IMG/VR virus record: IMGVR_UViG_3300047561_000023 | Coordinates: 1-31,860 of that record | Strand: one strand, 5' to 3' | Length of the DNA stretch: 31,860 nt | Origin: a virus | Lineage: Duplodnaviria; Caudoviricetes | In this document: positions 17,313 to 26,330 of the stretch, one piece after another | Position numbering within the stretch: the first letter of the stretch is position 1 | Layout of the letters: each line of letters starts with the position of its first letter | Position numbers and translations under genes: made by a program | Notes under the pieces: model-generated | The model's database searches: none | What the model was told of the DNA's origin: nothing | The model's input: only the letters and a program-made list of their open reading frames with translations

Positions 17313-18275
17313 TTAAGAAGTAACTAAGTCAGCAGCCAAGCCGTGGGCATTTTCAGCCAACACTTTGTGACCCCATTCCACGATCAGCATACGCTTTTCA
17401 GCATCGCCAGTCTTTGCCAATTCGACTTGCTGGTAAGGGCGCAGCACTGTCATCTTGGCGTAGTCAGGGTCGATAACCCATGCATCGCGCTCACGCTGGA
17501 ATCTATTTGCAATGACCTGTACGTTTCCGAAATCTGAAACATAAATGTCAACTGCACCAACCAATGTGGCAGGCTTTGCACCGCCATCAATGTTGAAACG
17601 GCTGGAGGCAATACCAGAGAAACCTGACACGCGCTGCTTGTTAACAGGACCGCACATCAAAATCTTAGGTACACCACCAGATGTCCACACCTTCTGAATC
17701 ACATTCTTGAGAATGGTTTCAGTAAATGTGCGCACTGTGCCATCTGTACGGGCGCTGTTTGGCAGCGTTGTGTAAGATGGATCAACACCGCTAGTGCCTT
17801 TGTCGGTGTTTGTTTTCACAAACGCGCCCAAAGAGGCAGTCGTGCGGGCAGTTGTCGAATCACCAGCCACAGCGATAGCGCCATTCAGCATGGAGAATTC
17901 TTGATCGCGCTTGATTTCAGCGCCACGCTTTGCGATCTGGTAAGCCAGTTCGCTGCGACGACCAGCCTTGTTCACCACTTCTTCAGTAGCTGACAAGATG
18001 ATTGTCTTGCGTGAAATCTGTGCATAGTTTTGCAAACGCACAGTAGCAGTCACAGAGTCAAACGATGCAACATCGTCACCCTCTAACTGGGCATTGGCAG
18101 CAGCTGCGGCCAATGAATCGGTCTGATACTCAAACAAACTGTTGGACACGTTCTCACGGCCAATGTTTGACATATAAGGCGTTTCTTCTGGAGAAATGTT
18201 TGTGATCACATTGCTCAAATCTTCCCGAATACCCTTTGCAGAGTAGGTCAGGAATGTGTTACTTACGATAGCCAT
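17313..18275 (-). CDS. Major capsid protein (DUF5309/SU10-like)
   Basis: 320 aa with GIREDLSNVI...PEETP, EGDD, NYAQISRK, YVSDFG and LAKTGDAEK. Follows the scaffold gene and precedes a terminator. Confidence 0.9.
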   Translation of the reverse strand: MAIVSNTFLTYSAKGIREDLSNVITNISPEETPYMSNIGRENVSNSLFEYQTDSLAAAAANAQLEGDDVASFDSVTATVRLQNYAQISRKTIILSATEEVVNKAGRRSELAYQIAKRGAEIKRDQEFSMLNGAIAVAGDSTTARTTASLGAFVKTNTDKGTSGVDPSYTTLPNSARTDGTVRTFTETILKNVIQKVWTSGGVPKILMCGPVNKQRVSGFSGIASSRFNIDGGAKPATLVGAVDIYVSDFGNVQVIANRFQRERDAWVIDPDYAKMTVLRPYQQVELAKTGDAEKRMLIVEWGHKVLAENAHGLAADLVTS

Positions 18276-18282
18276 AATTTTC

Positions 18283-19263
18283 TCACTTTAATAAAAGTTC
18301 AATTGCAGAAGCCGCGTCATCGACACGGCCAGTTTTTGCAAGACGCTGCTTTGCTCGCATACTTTCAGTTGTTGTCGAAACCCGACCAGCTGCACCAGGC
18401 TTGGCTGTTCGTGGGCCATTGTTCACCACAGGCTTAATGCCTTGGCGTTTACTTACCATCTGGTCAAACAGTGCTGCTTTACGCAACAACAAGACCAGTC
18501 GGTGGTCGTAAACGCTCTTCAAATCTTCATCGGTAAAGCCTGCTGCCTTTGCAGACTCAATCACCAGCGCCTTTTCGGCCTTTGCCTTCTTGGGGTCTTT
18601 CCAATCAGGTAAGGCTGCCAAGAGAGCTTCTTGCTGGCTGGCAAGTTGGGCTTCCATGGCGCGCTGCTGTTCATACTGGGACACTTGAGAGAGTCGTTGC
18701 TGTTCGGACTGAATAGCACCTAATTTCTCTTGTCTCTCCCGCATGACTTCCTTTTGCCTCACCCACTCGATAGGGTCCTCATGATAGAGGCGCTCCAAAT
18801 CGACTTGAGGCTCTGAAGACTGAAGTTGGGCTTGCAATGCTCCCAACAATTGAGCATATTGCTCACGCTCGGCTCGGACTGCATAGGTTTCTTGCTCGGC
18901 CTGCTTTCGCACTTCGGCAATCTGCTGTGTTTTCCGAGTGTAGTCCTGAGTCCTGGAATAGCCCTTCTGAAGTTCGTCTAGCGTGACAGAAACTTCCTTG
19001 CCGTCAACTTTGACAGTGAAAGTCTGTGGCTGTTCGCCCTCTTCGGTCTCTTCCTCTTCTCCTGACTGTTCCTCTGGGGTCTCTTCGTCTGGCGCGTCTT
19101 CCACACCAGACTCATCCTCCTCAGAAGCCGCTGCCTCTAAGTCCTCTTCAGACTCTTCGGCTGGCTGCGTCTCGTCAAGTTCTGCTTGTCCCTTTTCGGG
19201 GGCTAACATTGCCGAGATAGCACTGGTCGCATCGACCATATTCATTGCTTGTATTTCTGCCAT
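18283..19263 (-). CDS. Capsid scaffolding protein
   Basis: Acidic N-terminus, FTVKVDGKEVSVTLDELQKGYSRTQDYTRKTQ and coiled coils. Lies immediately upstream of the capsid gene. Confidence 0.88.
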   Translation of the reverse strand: MAEIQAMNMVDATSAISAMLAPEKGQAELDETQPAEESEEDLEAAASEEDESGVEDAPDEETPEEQSGEEEETEEGEQPQTFTVKVDGKEVSVTLDELQKGYSRTQDYTRKTQQIAEVRKQAEQETYAVRAEREQYAQLLGALQAQLQSSEPQVDLERLYHEDPIEWVRQKEVMRERQEKLGAIQSEQQRLSQVSQYEQQRAMEAQLASQQEALLAALPDWKDPKKAKAEKALVIESAKAAGFTDEDLKSVYDHRLVLLLRKAALFDQMVSKRQGIKPVVNNGPRTAKPGAAGRVSTTTESMRAKQRLAKTGRVDDAASAIELLLK

Positions 19264-19277
19264 AGTAATTTCTTAAA

Positions 19278-19535
19278 TTAAGGTTTCTGTGATTTGCTGA
19301 TAGCGTTCTGTGCAATTTTCCCGTTGTCCATTATCTTGATCAACTCTTGCCGCAGGCCGTCAATGGCCTGCAACATACACCACGCTGTCTCGCGCCTCCC
19401 AGACTCTTCGGGTTTCGATGAACGAAATGCCCAAAGTTGGTCGCCTTCTAATTTCGCAATTGCTGCATTGAGGGTTTCATCCTCCAGCAGCTGCTTGGCC
19501 TTTCGGCCTTTGTTTACCAGGTCTTCGTTTGTCAC
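19278..19535 (-). CDS. Small protein between portal and scaffold
   Basis: 85 aa with a GTG start directly after the portal stop, a conserved position in podoviral head operons. Confidence 0.7.
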   Translation of the reverse strand: MTNEDLVNKGRKAKQLLEDETLNAAIAKLEGDQLWAFRSSKPEESGRRETAWCMLQAIDGLRQELIKIMDNGKIAQNAISKSQKP

Positions 19536-21740
19536 TTACTGTGCCATTCCTTGAAAGGTTGATGGGGGCATCATCTCAGGCGCTGGTGGCTGCGGCTGGG
19601 ACACAAACTGTGCCGCCTGCTGCTGGGCCATCAATGCCTGCTGACGCATTGCTTCACGATCAATATTCTGCGCAGCGTCAATTTCCGCTGTGCTGATCTG
19701 TGATTTGTACTTTAACTCAATTTCATACTTTTTGAGATACAAATCTTGAGCCATTTTGTCGCGGGTCAGATCGTCATCCATGATCATCTGCTGGCGCTTT
19801 AGCTCCAGCTCTGCCGCTTTCTTCTGGATATCTGCCTTGATCGACTCGGCCTGCACCTGGGCCAGTACCTCTTCGGGGCTTGGCTTTTGTGGTGGCGTGG
19901 GTGGCACATAGTCGGCAGGGATATTTTGGAAAAAGCTGGTCGAATCTTTAAAGCCAGATAACTCTACGATTTTTCGCAGGGTATTACTAAACTGCTGGGG
20001 CGTGACCAAGGGATTGGTCGGGCCAAGCTGCTGCAAGATTTGCTCTTGCTTGGCCATGATCATCATCAGCGCCTGGAGCTTTTCATTTGTGTCGCCATTG
20101 CCCAAGGCAATATTGATGTTGGCATCCATGCTGGTGTCCCAGAATCTTGGATCGATCTGCACCCACTCATTGCGCATTCGCACCATTCGGGCTTTGTCCT
20201 GGTGCGTTGTGGCCAAGAACAAAATGCCTTTGAATAGCTTTTTCATGCCTTCAGCCAGAATGCGAGCTGTCAGCTCAATTCGGCCTTGGCTGGCATTGAT
20301 CGTTGCGTTGACAGCTGCCTTGGTGCTTGACTGCAATGCATCAGCATTCAGACCCATGGCCGCCTTGCTCATGCCCGTGCGATCTTCTTTGATCTGGTCC
20401 ATGTATTCCATCATCGGGAATGCGGCCTGACCCACAAATGGAGTCGTCAAAGGCTGGACCATGCCAGGCGCTCTCATGCGAATGATCGCACCTGTCTCGT
20501 TGTTCAAGACATCATCGATGTTGACTTGGCCTTCGACCACCGCAGTGCGCGGGTGGATTGATTGGGCCAGACTGTCCAATGTGTTCCTGAGTATTTCAGA
20601 CTTGATTTCTTGCAAGTCGCGGGTAATGTCAAAAATCGACATCGCCTCAAGTGGGCTTGTGTGTGGCTCTGGGTCGCAGGGAAAGTCAGCAAAGGGAATG
20701 TAGCTGGCAGGCAGATTACGCACCACCTTATAGCCACCACCCATGCAGCAGACCTTGCGCAACTCGGCAATGCCATCGCCATCAAAGTCAACACGGGAAT
20801 ACGCTTCAATGTAAAGCACTCTGCGCATCATCGGATTGGCAGCGTCATTTGTGCCAAATGTTGTGCTTAGTGGCTGACGGGCTAAATACTCGTCATTGCT
20901 GTCCAAATCGGTCGATGACAGATTCTCTTCGATCTCATCCTGGTCATAACCCATGGCCAACAAATCAGCCATTGTGGCCATCTGCCTATGGGCAATGATG
21001 GTCGAATCGTCAAACGATCTGGCGCGTCTGTCTAGCAATAATTCTTCGGGTGGCACGGCCATTATTCTGATCCGGCCATCCTTTGTGATACGCTTGATCT
21101 GCACATCATGGATCATTGGTGCAGGCATTACTACGGGCTGGTCAGTCATAGGGTCGACAGTTGTGAGCTGCGCTTCATCAATGGCAGGGTCTGGGTAAGA
21201 CGTAATGATCTTGACTTCGCCACCAGGCTCTTGCATCAGCATTTCTAGGGTCTGGTCATCGAGTCCCGTGTATTCCTCAATTCGGACCTTCTCTTCGTCT
21301 TCCCACCAGAATTTGGCAATGCCGCATTTACGCACCAGTGCATCTTTGAAAATGGCATAACTGGTCAAAAACCCGTTGTTGTCATTCTGGAAAACATAGT
21401 TTGCATAGTCGGTCGCCTGCTGGGCCATCTTCACATCTTCTGGTCCACGGGGTGCAAATTCCACCACATTCTCAGAATTAAAGAAAACACGCATCAGGCT
21501 GGGCAGCATGGCCGAGACAGTGTCCCGCACTTCCATGGCCACCACCTTGCTGTTGCCATCGACCTCATTGCCGAATAAATCACCGCGATAGTATTCAGTC
21601 CCCTTGGCGCGTGTAGGTGACAGATCACTGTCCACATAGCTCACCGCATCGGTCAGGTCTTGCGTGATGATCGCTTGCAGCTCTGCATCATCCATTGGCT
21701 CGGTGGCTGCAATGTCGGTGCTAATTTCTAATTCGTTCAT
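19536..21740 (-). CDS. Portal protein (P22-like)
   Basis: Likely start MNELEIS at 21740 (ATGA overlap). Contains EYYRGD...EVRDTV...PSLMRVF and DLQEIKSEILRN, with a Gln-rich C-terminal barrel region. Confidence 0.92.
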   Translation of the reverse strand: MNELEISTDIAATEPMDDAELQAIITQDLTDAVSYVDSDLSPTRAKGTEYYRGDLFGNEVDGNSKVVAMEVRDTVSAMLPSLMRVFFNSENVVEFAPRGPEDVKMAQQATDYANYVFQNDNNGFLTSYAIFKDALVRKCGIAKFWWEDEEKVRIEEYTGLDDQTLEMLMQEPGGEVKIITSYPDPAIDEAQLTTVDPMTDQPVVMPAPMIHDVQIKRITKDGRIRIMAVPPEELLLDRRARSFDDSTIIAHRQMATMADLLAMGYDQDEIEENLSSTDLDSNDEYLARQPLSTTFGTNDAANPMMRRVLYIEAYSRVDFDGDGIAELRKVCCMGGGYKVVRNLPASYIPFADFPCDPEPHTSPLEAMSIFDITRDLQEIKSEILRNTLDSLAQSIHPRTAVVEGQVNIDDVLNNETGAIIRMRAPGMVQPLTTPFVGQAAFPMMEYMDQIKEDRTGMSKAAMGLNADALQSSTKAAVNATINASQGRIELTARILAEGMKKLFKGILFLATTHQDKARMVRMRNEWVQIDPRFWDTSMDANINIALGNGDTNEKLQALMMIMAKQEQILQQLGPTNPLVTPQQFSNTLRKIVELSGFKDSTSFFQNIPADYVPPTPPQKPSPEEVLAQVQAESIKADIQKKAAELELKRQQMIMDDDLTRDKMAQDLYLKKYEIELKYKSQISTAEIDAAQNIDREAMRQQALMAQQQAAQFVSQPQPPAPEMMPPSTFQGMAQ

Positions 21741-22027
21741 TTTTTGTTCCTTGCAGATATCGCTTTGGCTTTGGCCTTTGCATCGGTCTTGGAGCTTGCA
21801 CCCCATGCCTTCAGACTCAGCAGCAGCCTGGTCGGCTCGCCACCTTTGTACTCAGGTCCAGGCATATTCCCCATTCGCGCCAAGAATGATGCGCGCCTTG
21901 GATTGTCGCCTGATTTGACTGGCGCTTTCAAGTTCATGCCATCGGCCTTCGCACTGGCCCGACCTTTGGCATTTAAGCCGCCAGACGGGCTTTTGCCCTC
22001 TTTGCGCTGCCAGGCTGGGGTCTTCAT
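21737..22027 (-). CDS. Small basic protein (DUF6321-like)
   Basis: 96 aa, K/R-rich, with AWQRKEGKSPSGGLNAKGRAS...RRASFLARM. Confidence 0.7.
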   Translation of the reverse strand: MKTPAWQRKEGKSPSGGLNAKGRASAKADGMNLKAPVKSGDNPRRASFLARMGNMPGPEYKGGEPTRLLLSLKAWGASSKTDAKAKAKAISARNKK

Positions 22028-22176
22028 TTCTTTGGCTTCTTTGCAGTCTTGGCCGCGGCCTTGAAGTCAGCAGCTGATGGCGCGCCTTTAGCACCAGGCT
22101 TGCGCATCTTTTCACCAGAGCCATCCTTGATGCGCTCTCTCTTGGCTGCAATGTTGGAATACAAACCTTGTTTCAT
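22024..22176 (-). CDS. Small basic protein (50 aa)
   Basis: Read by hand: MKQGLYSNIAAKRERIKDGSGEKMRKPGAKGAPSAADFKAAAKTAKKPKK, with ATGA overlaps at both ends. Confidence 0.75.
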   Translation of the reverse strand: MKQGLYSNIAAKRERIKDGSGEKMRKPGAKGAPSAADFKAAAKTAKKPKK

Positions 22177-22652
22177 TCCTCTTCTCCCTCTTCATAGTCT
22201 TCACCCTCTTCGCCCTCTTGCTCACCAGTGTTCGGACCACCGACCACCCATGCATCGCAAGTTCGGCTGGCTGCGCACTTGAAGTCAAAGATTTCGCAAT
22301 AACCCAGATTGGCCAACTTGATTGTTCCCCATGGGTCAGCTTCCATGCCAATGCCTTGGGCAATGCAATCTTTGATCTTGTCAGACACATTGAATGCCGC
22401 GCAGTTGCCGCATAGGCTTTGCTTTGCGTCATCCATGCTGACATCCCACTGGTCGGCCTTCTTGCGCCAAAAAGCCTCATTAGGCAGTTTGGGATTCTCA
22501 GGACCATAGGCCGCGCTGGTGATTGCCTTGGCGCGGTTTTTCAGATTGAGGGTAATGTCTTGCGTGGGCATTGGGCAGTTCTCGCCTGCGCCCATGTCTT
22601 CGCCCTCTTCTTTATCCATGACCTGGCTCATGGTGCGTTGCATAGTAGCCAT
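22173..22652 (-). CDS. Cys-rich protein with a HiPIP-like motif
   Basis: 159 aa with CGNCAAF...GYCEIF...TCDAW and acidic termini. Confidence 0.7.
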   Translation of the reverse strand: MATMQRTMSQVMDKEEGEDMGAGENCPMPTQDITLNLKNRAKAITSAAYGPENPKLPNEAFWRKKADQWDVSMDDAKQSLCGNCAAFNVSDKIKDCIAQGIGMEADPWGTIKLANLGYCEIFDFKCAASRTCDAWVVGGPNTGEQEGEEGEDYEEGEEE

Positions 22653-22840
22653 TATTTTTTCGCCTTGTTCTTTGCCGTGCGCTGACCGCGCATTGGCATC
22701 TTTGCCTCAGACATTGCAATGGCAATGGCTTGTTTAGGATTCTTAACAATTTTGCCAGTTCCACCACTGTGGAGCTTGCCAGCTTTGTATTCTCCCATTA
22801 CCTTGCCAACCTTCTTTTGCGCTTTACTCATTGCCTTCAT
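22652..22840 (-). CDS. Small basic protein (DUF6496-like)
   Basis: Likely start MKAMSK at 22840 with a GGGGAA RBS. Contains KVGKVMGEYKAGKLHSG...KQAIAIAMSEA. Confidence 0.75.
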   Translation of the reverse strand: MKAMSKAQKKVGKVMGEYKAGKLHSGGTGKIVKNPKQAIAIAMSEAKMPMRGQRTAKNKAKK

Positions 22841-22872
22841 AGGTTTCCCCCATTGGTTTGTCAATACCCGAA

Positions 22873-24279
22873 TTATGCAACCCGCACAAGGTTTCTGCGC
22901 AGGGGTTGCGACCACTTATTGCTCCCGCCTGACCCGTACATCCCCGCCATTGCATCACTTGCAAATGTCAGGACAAAGGCATCGGCCTTGTCAGGGCTTG
23001 GCAGGCCGCGTCTCTTTATCTCGTCTTTCCCCTCGATGGCGATCTTGCCGTTTGAAGTGAATGAGTACCGCACTGTGGCCAGCTCTGCAATCAAGACATC
23101 ATCCTTTGGCATCTTGCAGTCCCGTGCCTCAAGCCAGGCTCTTGCCCGATACCACAGCTCTGCTTTCAGATTCCTGTAAGTCCCGCCCATGGCTGGGGAC
23201 TCCGACACATTTATCCCACGCGCTGGCAGGCCCAGCTCCCGCAGCCGATCCACCACGCCAGCTCCAAGGCCAATGCTATCCACCAGTATTTCCTTTGGCT
23301 GCTGGCTGGGTGGCAGCGCCTGATACTCGGCCACCACCGCACCAGTCAATTGCATCAAGTCCAAATTTTTCCATGTCCGGATAGCCTCAGTCACCGCATT
23401 GCCCTGGCGCTTGCACAGAGCTGATCTGTCACTTCCAAACCGCGCCACATCCAAGCCCCAGATCATGGGCGCATAGTCACTTGGCGCAACATCTCGATTT
23501 AAAGCGCTTTCCAGCAAGTCCATGGCAATGACAGTGTCATCATCGCCCTTGGGGAATTCACCAATCACCCTGATCCGGTAGACGTTACTTTCCTCGCCAT
23601 AGCGCATGGCCATCTCTTGGACATACTCGTTTGATACCCGTGGCGAATCAGTGCAGGCCACTTGAAACGTGGTCCACTCATCAGCCAGGCGCGTGTGGGT
23701 GTCGTAGAAAAACCCAGAGCTTCTGACCGGATTCCCCAGTAACAGCGTCACCGCGTTGTGGCCAGACATCGAGCCAGCCGCGGCCTCGAACACTTGCTCT
23801 GGCACACCAGAAGCCTCATCGGCCACCAGCATCACATTCTCCGAGTGAATACCCTGCAAAGCCTCTGGCTGCTCGGCCCGACTTGTCCTGGCTGAAATAA
23901 ACATTTCAGTCGGTGCAGCATTGAATTCAATCCTCTCTTGCTTGACAGTGAGTAACTGCTGCAAGGGCAAAGGCATCGCATTGATCCACCTCTTCAGCTC
24001 GGCAAACATCGCGTCATAAAGCTGAGAGCTTGTCGGTGCTGTCACCACCACCTTGACTGGCGATCTGGTCATAAAGTACCAGAGCATGGCCCAGCTGCTT
24101 GCCGTACTTTTCCCCACCCCGTGGCCAGACCGGACCGATATCTTTCGATCACCCCGCGCAATGGCCTTCAAAAATTCAATCTGCCACGGGTCAGGGTCAA
24201 CCCCCAAAACCTCTTGAACAAACAAAACAGGATCAGGCTGATATCGGTCCACCCACTGCGCAAAGACATTTTCTTTCAC
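22873..24279 (-). CDS. terL: Terminase large subunit
   Basis: Walker A RSGHGVGKS, Walker B LVADEA, coupling motif GNP, and nuclease motifs GLDVARFGSD and SPDKADA. Confidence 0.95.
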   Translation of the reverse strand: MKENVFAQWVDRYQPDPVLFVQEVLGVDPDPWQIEFLKAIARGDRKISVRSGHGVGKSTASSWAMLWYFMTRSPVKVVVTAPTSSQLYDAMFAELKRWINAMPLPLQQLLTVKQERIEFNAAPTEMFISARTSRAEQPEALQGIHSENVMLVADEASGVPEQVFEAAAGSMSGHNAVTLLLGNPVRSSGFFYDTHTRLADEWTTFQVACTDSPRVSNEYVQEMAMRYGEESNVYRIRVIGEFPKGDDDTVIAMDLLESALNRDVAPSDYAPMIWGLDVARFGSDRSALCKRQGNAVTEAIRTWKNLDLMQLTGAVVAEYQALPPSQQPKEILVDSIGLGAGVVDRLRELGLPARGINVSESPAMGGTYRNLKAELWYRARAWLEARDCKMPKDDVLIAELATVRYSFTSNGKIAIEGKDEIKRRGLPSPDKADAFVLTFASDAMAGMYGSGGSNKWSQPLRRNLVRVA

Positions 24280-24473
24280 AAACCCCTCGCTTCTCTTAAG
24301 TTCCGACCCGTGATCCTATCGGTCCAGCATGATGCACACAACCACCTGGTCGCACTCATCTCAACCCCGCCCTCTGGCGGCTTCTCAACCAAACAAGTAT
24401 TGCACTTCTGCAATTTATGCCCGTGGCAATTGCCATTCAACCTGACTGGGTTATTTACAAAATTACTTTTCAC
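24276..24473 (-). CDS. Small putative zinc-finger protein
   Basis: 65 aa with CNTC...CASC and 4-nt overlaps with both neighbours. Confidence 0.6.
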   Translation of the reverse strand: MKSNFVNNPVRLNGNCHGHKLQKCNTCLVEKPPEGGVEMSATRWLCASCWTDRITGRNLREARGL

Positions 24474-24631
24474 TGGATTCTCTGCACTTCATTATCTTTA
24501 TGGGTTAACCACTTATTACCTAATATTCTTAATGCCTTGACATATTGCAGTTGATTATGTCTGTTAGTGCTACGCGGCACATAATCGACATTGAATAACT
24601 GGCGTACCTTAATAAGCATTTGTGTATTCAT
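24470..24631 (-). CDS. Hypothetical protein (53 aa)
   Basis: Likely start MNTQML at 24631 (GGGGAA RBS, ATGA overlap). Confidence 0.6.
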   Translation of the reverse strand: MNTQMLIKVRQLFNVDYVPRSTNRHNQLQYVKALRILGNKWLTHKDNEVQRIQ

Positions 24632-24792
24632 ATTATTCCCACGATCTGGTTTATATCGACCCAAACGTGCAAGACAGTTGTCCCATCCAAGCTCATTAGC
24701 TTGCAGAACAACTTCCCGTCTTTTTCCCCATCAGTGTCGATCACGACCCACTCTTGGCCTTTGAGGACCACTGTCGCTAGTTTAGATTTCAT
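24628..24792 (-). CDS. Hypothetical protein (54 aa)
   Basis: Likely start MKSKLATVVL at 24792 with a GGAG RBS. Confidence 0.6.
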   Translation of the reverse strand: MKSKLATVVLKGQEWVVIDTDGEKDGKLFCKLMSLDGTTVLHVWVDINQIVGII

Positions 24793-24996
24793 TCGTTTGC
24801 TCCGTTGTTTGTGGAGTTGACATTTTTGCACAATTTGACTTGTTTGGTAAATTAGTTTTTTATTTTTTTAAAAAATTTTTTTTGTAGGTGTTTAGTGCCG
24901 CCACTGCCGCCCCCGCCAAGCCGGCCACGGGGGGGGGGTCACGGCCACCGACCGCCAGCTGGCCACCACCGACTTGTCCCCAGATTTTGGCCAACT

Positions 24997-25074
24997 TTAT
25001 CCACAGATTCCTGTGCATAAGTAGGCTTGTAATACTTTGATGCACTTAATTCTGTGGATAACGACTTATCCACT
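24997..25074. promoter_or_regulatory. Cluster of four DnaA boxes
   Basis: TTATCCACA 24997-25005, TGTGCATAA 25012-25020, TGTGGATAA 25053-25061 and TTATCCACT 25066-25074. Confidence 0.8.
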
Positions 25075-25106
25075 TAACATAATGGTCGTTGTATAAAGTG
25101 ACTGAA

Positions 25107-25640
25107 TCATTTGGTATTCATATCTGTCAAAGTGTCTACCGACACGACAGTGCGCTTGCGCAGTGCATCAAGGGCCATGCTTCCAAGGTCGATATTGACC
25201 AGGGGCTGCTGCTTGTCACCATACTCATCTGGCGCTTGCTTAGAGGCCAGCCAGCGCCTTGTGTCCACTCTCAGCTTGGCCACTTGCGCGTCTTGAGGCG
25301 TGGCAGAGTCTGCAATTTCCAGCGTCTGCTCTGCTAAACTTCTCCCACCTCGCGCACGGGCGCGCGCAAGGGCATCAGTCCGTTCTGCACCTCCTCGCTC
25401 AATCCATTCATAAAAAGCCGTGTGGCTTATCTCCAACGACCGCGCCAAGCTGAGAATGGTTTCTCCTTGTGAGAGCTTGTCTAACATGGCGCTTTCGCCA
25501 CCAGCTCTGTGAATCTTCTTGTTGACTTCAGAGGCTTCCTTTCGTGCGACAGCTGCTTTGTCTCTAAGGTTCATTTGTCTTTCGACAATGTTGTCAGCAA
25601 GCTCACTCAATGTTGCTGCACTCTTTTTTGGTTTGGCCAT
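25107..25640 (-). CDS. terS: Terminase small subunit (Sf6 gp1-like)
   Basis: HTH-like segment GETILSLARSLEISHTAFYEWI and AKLRVDTRRWLASKQAPDEYGDK. Lies upstream of terL. Confidence 0.85.
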   Translation of the reverse strand: MAKPKKSAATLSELADNIVERQMNLRDKAAVARKEASEVNKKIHRAGGESAMLDKLSQGETILSLARSLEISHTAFYEWIERGGAERTDALARARARGGRSLAEQTLEIADSATPQDAQVAKLRVDTRRWLASKQAPDEYGDKQQPLVNIDLGSMALDALRKRTVVSVDTLTDMNTK

Positions 25641-26001
25641 TCAAATACCCTTCAATGATTTTGATTGCATCTGGCGCTGATCTTGAGACCAGGCACAGAT
25701 ATCCTTTTGCGTTTAACTGCAAACCCACAGCGCTTTGTTTGTCTGATACCACTCCGGCCTTGGTCTTCATCTCAATGAAAAGCCCGTGAAAGCCATTTTT
25801 AGGCTCCAAGACGCAAAGGTCAGGCATCCCTGCTAAAACCCCTTCAGAATGAAATCTGACGCGCTCTGAAGCGCTTCTATCGCCTCCATTGGGTATTGCC
25901 GCAATGATGCAGTCTGGATAAAACGCACGAATGTGTTGAACCACTTTGACTTGGTCAATGTGTTCAATGCTTTTTCGTTTGCGCTTTATGTCAACCACCA
26001 T
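25603..26001 (-). CDS. VRR-NUC domain nuclease
   Basis: EHIDQ...AIPNGG...EGVLAGMPDL...FIEMK...SDKQ (PD-(D/E)xK). Likely start MVVDIK at 26001. Confidence 0.88.
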   Translation of the reverse strand: MVVDIKRKRKSIEHIDQVKVVQHIRAFYPDCIIAAIPNGGDRSASERVRFHSEGVLAGMPDLCVLEPKNGFHGLFIEMKTKAGVVSDKQSAVGLQLNAKGYLCLVSRSAPDAIKIIEGYLNGQTKKECSNIE

Positions 26002-26330
26002 GACTCGGATTCTACTGCCGTGGCTTTGGGTTGGAACAAGTGGCATCGGTGTTTGACATCGGTCGGGAATGCGGCAAGGCCAGTCTGGCTGCACTGATGT
26101 TCGGACCATGTGATGGTTGCCCATCCATTCCTAATCTTTGCTTCGTCAAACATCCACTGCAATGGCTTTGAGTTGACCTTTCTGTGCCTCTCCATCTGCT
26201 CGGCTGGCATGGACTGCTTCATGCCCACTTCTACCGCCTTACTGCACTGGTGGCAGAAAACCCTCTCATCTTCGACCCATTTATCAGATTGTGGATAACC
26301 TGTGGATAACTGCTCAACTTGTTGGACCAT
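25986..26330 (-). CDS. Hypothetical Cys/His-containing protein
   Basis: 114 aa with a GGAGG RBS and CHQC...C...HRC as possible metal ligands. Confidence 0.65.
   Translation of the reverse strand: MVQQVEQLSTGYPQSDKWVEDERVFCHQCSKAVEVGMKQSMPAEQMERHRKVNSKPLQWMFDEAKIRNGWATITWSEHQCSQTGLAAFPTDVKHRCHLFQPKATAVESESWWLT

Noticed and set aside
21741-21806. N-terminal extensions in the ORF track (portal to 21806; also 13073, 10403, 17282, 22915, 26124)
   Set aside because: They overlap upstream genes or a terminator. Downstream starts with an RBS or stop/start coupling fit better.
24860-25045. 61-aa minus-strand ORF across the DnaA boxes and homopolymer tracts
   Set aside because: The translation is low-complexity and derived from G/C and A/T runs, with no clear RBS. 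The region looks regulatory.
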